NCBI GenBank assembly: GCA_035253645.1
Contig: DATFBW010000257.1
Span: 1-63,919 of the forward strand
Origin: Gemmatimonadaceae bacterium
GTDB lineage: Bacteria; Gemmatimonadota; Gemmatimonadetes; Gemmatimonadales; Gemmatimonadaceae
Direction: 5' to 3'
Length of the DNA stretch: 63,919 bases
A model generated the notes under the pieces. That model was given only the letters and a program-made list of their open reading frames with translations, ran no database searches and had not been told where the DNA came from. The translations under genes were made by a program, and so were the position numbers. Shown here piece by piece: positions 63,831 through 63,919 of this stretch. Position 1 is the stretch's first letter; each line of letters opens with the position of its first letter.

Positions 63831-63919
63831 TGAAGACTCGGCCGGCCCGCTTGGAGGCGTAGGCGGTTGCCATGCGGTGACCGCGCTGTTCCCGTAAGGC
63901 TGAACTCCGCCTCCGGATG

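Noticed and set aside
1-63919. The many antisense or overlapping ORFs in the track (for example 350-937, 757-1494, 1368-1973, 4435-4983, 51908-53161).
   Set aside because: These are high-GC shadow ORFs with Arg/Pro/Ala-rich low-complexity translations, lying opposite or out of frame to genes with clear homology.
1-63919. CRISPR arrays, tRNA or rRNA genes, and IS or integrase-type mobile elements.
   Set aside because: I saw no direct-repeat/spacer arrays, no cloverleaf-like or rRNA-like segments, and no transposase or integrase-like ORFs.

Overview
A 63.9-kb, high-GC (about two-thirds G+C by eye), almost fully coding segment of a bacterial chromosome. It is dominated by one very large cell-surface glycan / exopolysaccharide biosynthesis locus. 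I found no rRNA, tRNA, CRISPR array, transposase or integrase.

Genes lie in alternating strand blocks: minus 4197-10782, plus 11138-13164, minus 13193-20114, plus 20266-21186, minus 21215-22075, plus 22655-33072, minus 33062-41892, plus 42286-58248, minus 58320-59951, plus 60474-61451, minus 61515-63830. Many junctions use 4-nt ATGA/GTGA stop-start overlaps.

Recognisable content:
- Export and initiation core: Wza-like export protein, Wzc-type tyrosine autokinase, polyprenyl-phosphate sugar phosphotransferase.
- A dTDP-sugar branch: RmlA, RmlB, WecE-type aminotransferase, GNAT and formyltransferase.
- A CDP-sugar branch: RfbF, a 4,6-dehydratase-like SDR and an NDP-hexose C-methyltransferase.
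- Many GT2 and GT4 glycosyltransferases, and several GT-C (ArnT/PMT-like) membrane transferases paired with polyprenyl-phosphate GT2 synthases and UPF0104 flippase-like proteins.
- Three NodB deacetylases, a glutamine-dependent Asn synthase, SAM and ICMT-type methyltransferases, FAD/GMC oxidoreductases, and a response regulator with a degenerate GGDEF domain.

Most notable observations:
1. The non-palindromic octamer CGTTAGGC/GCCTAACG is scattered through genes and spacers at more than 30-fold over a simple base-composition expectation. This is DNA-uptake-sequence or HIP1-like behaviour.
2. The left edge carries a candidate kinase-associated lasso-peptide locus. A 44-aa precursor matches the YxxPxLx3Gx5Tx leader motif and ends in Ser.
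3. A palindrome built of (GGGGTTA)n telomere-like repeats sits at a convergent gene junction.
4. The first TM helix and DE loop of one GT-C transferase lie upstream of any ATG/GTG/TTG. They are in frame with the preceding FAD-oxidoreductase gene, separated by a single TAG.

All coordinates were indexed by hand and may be off by 1-2 nt.
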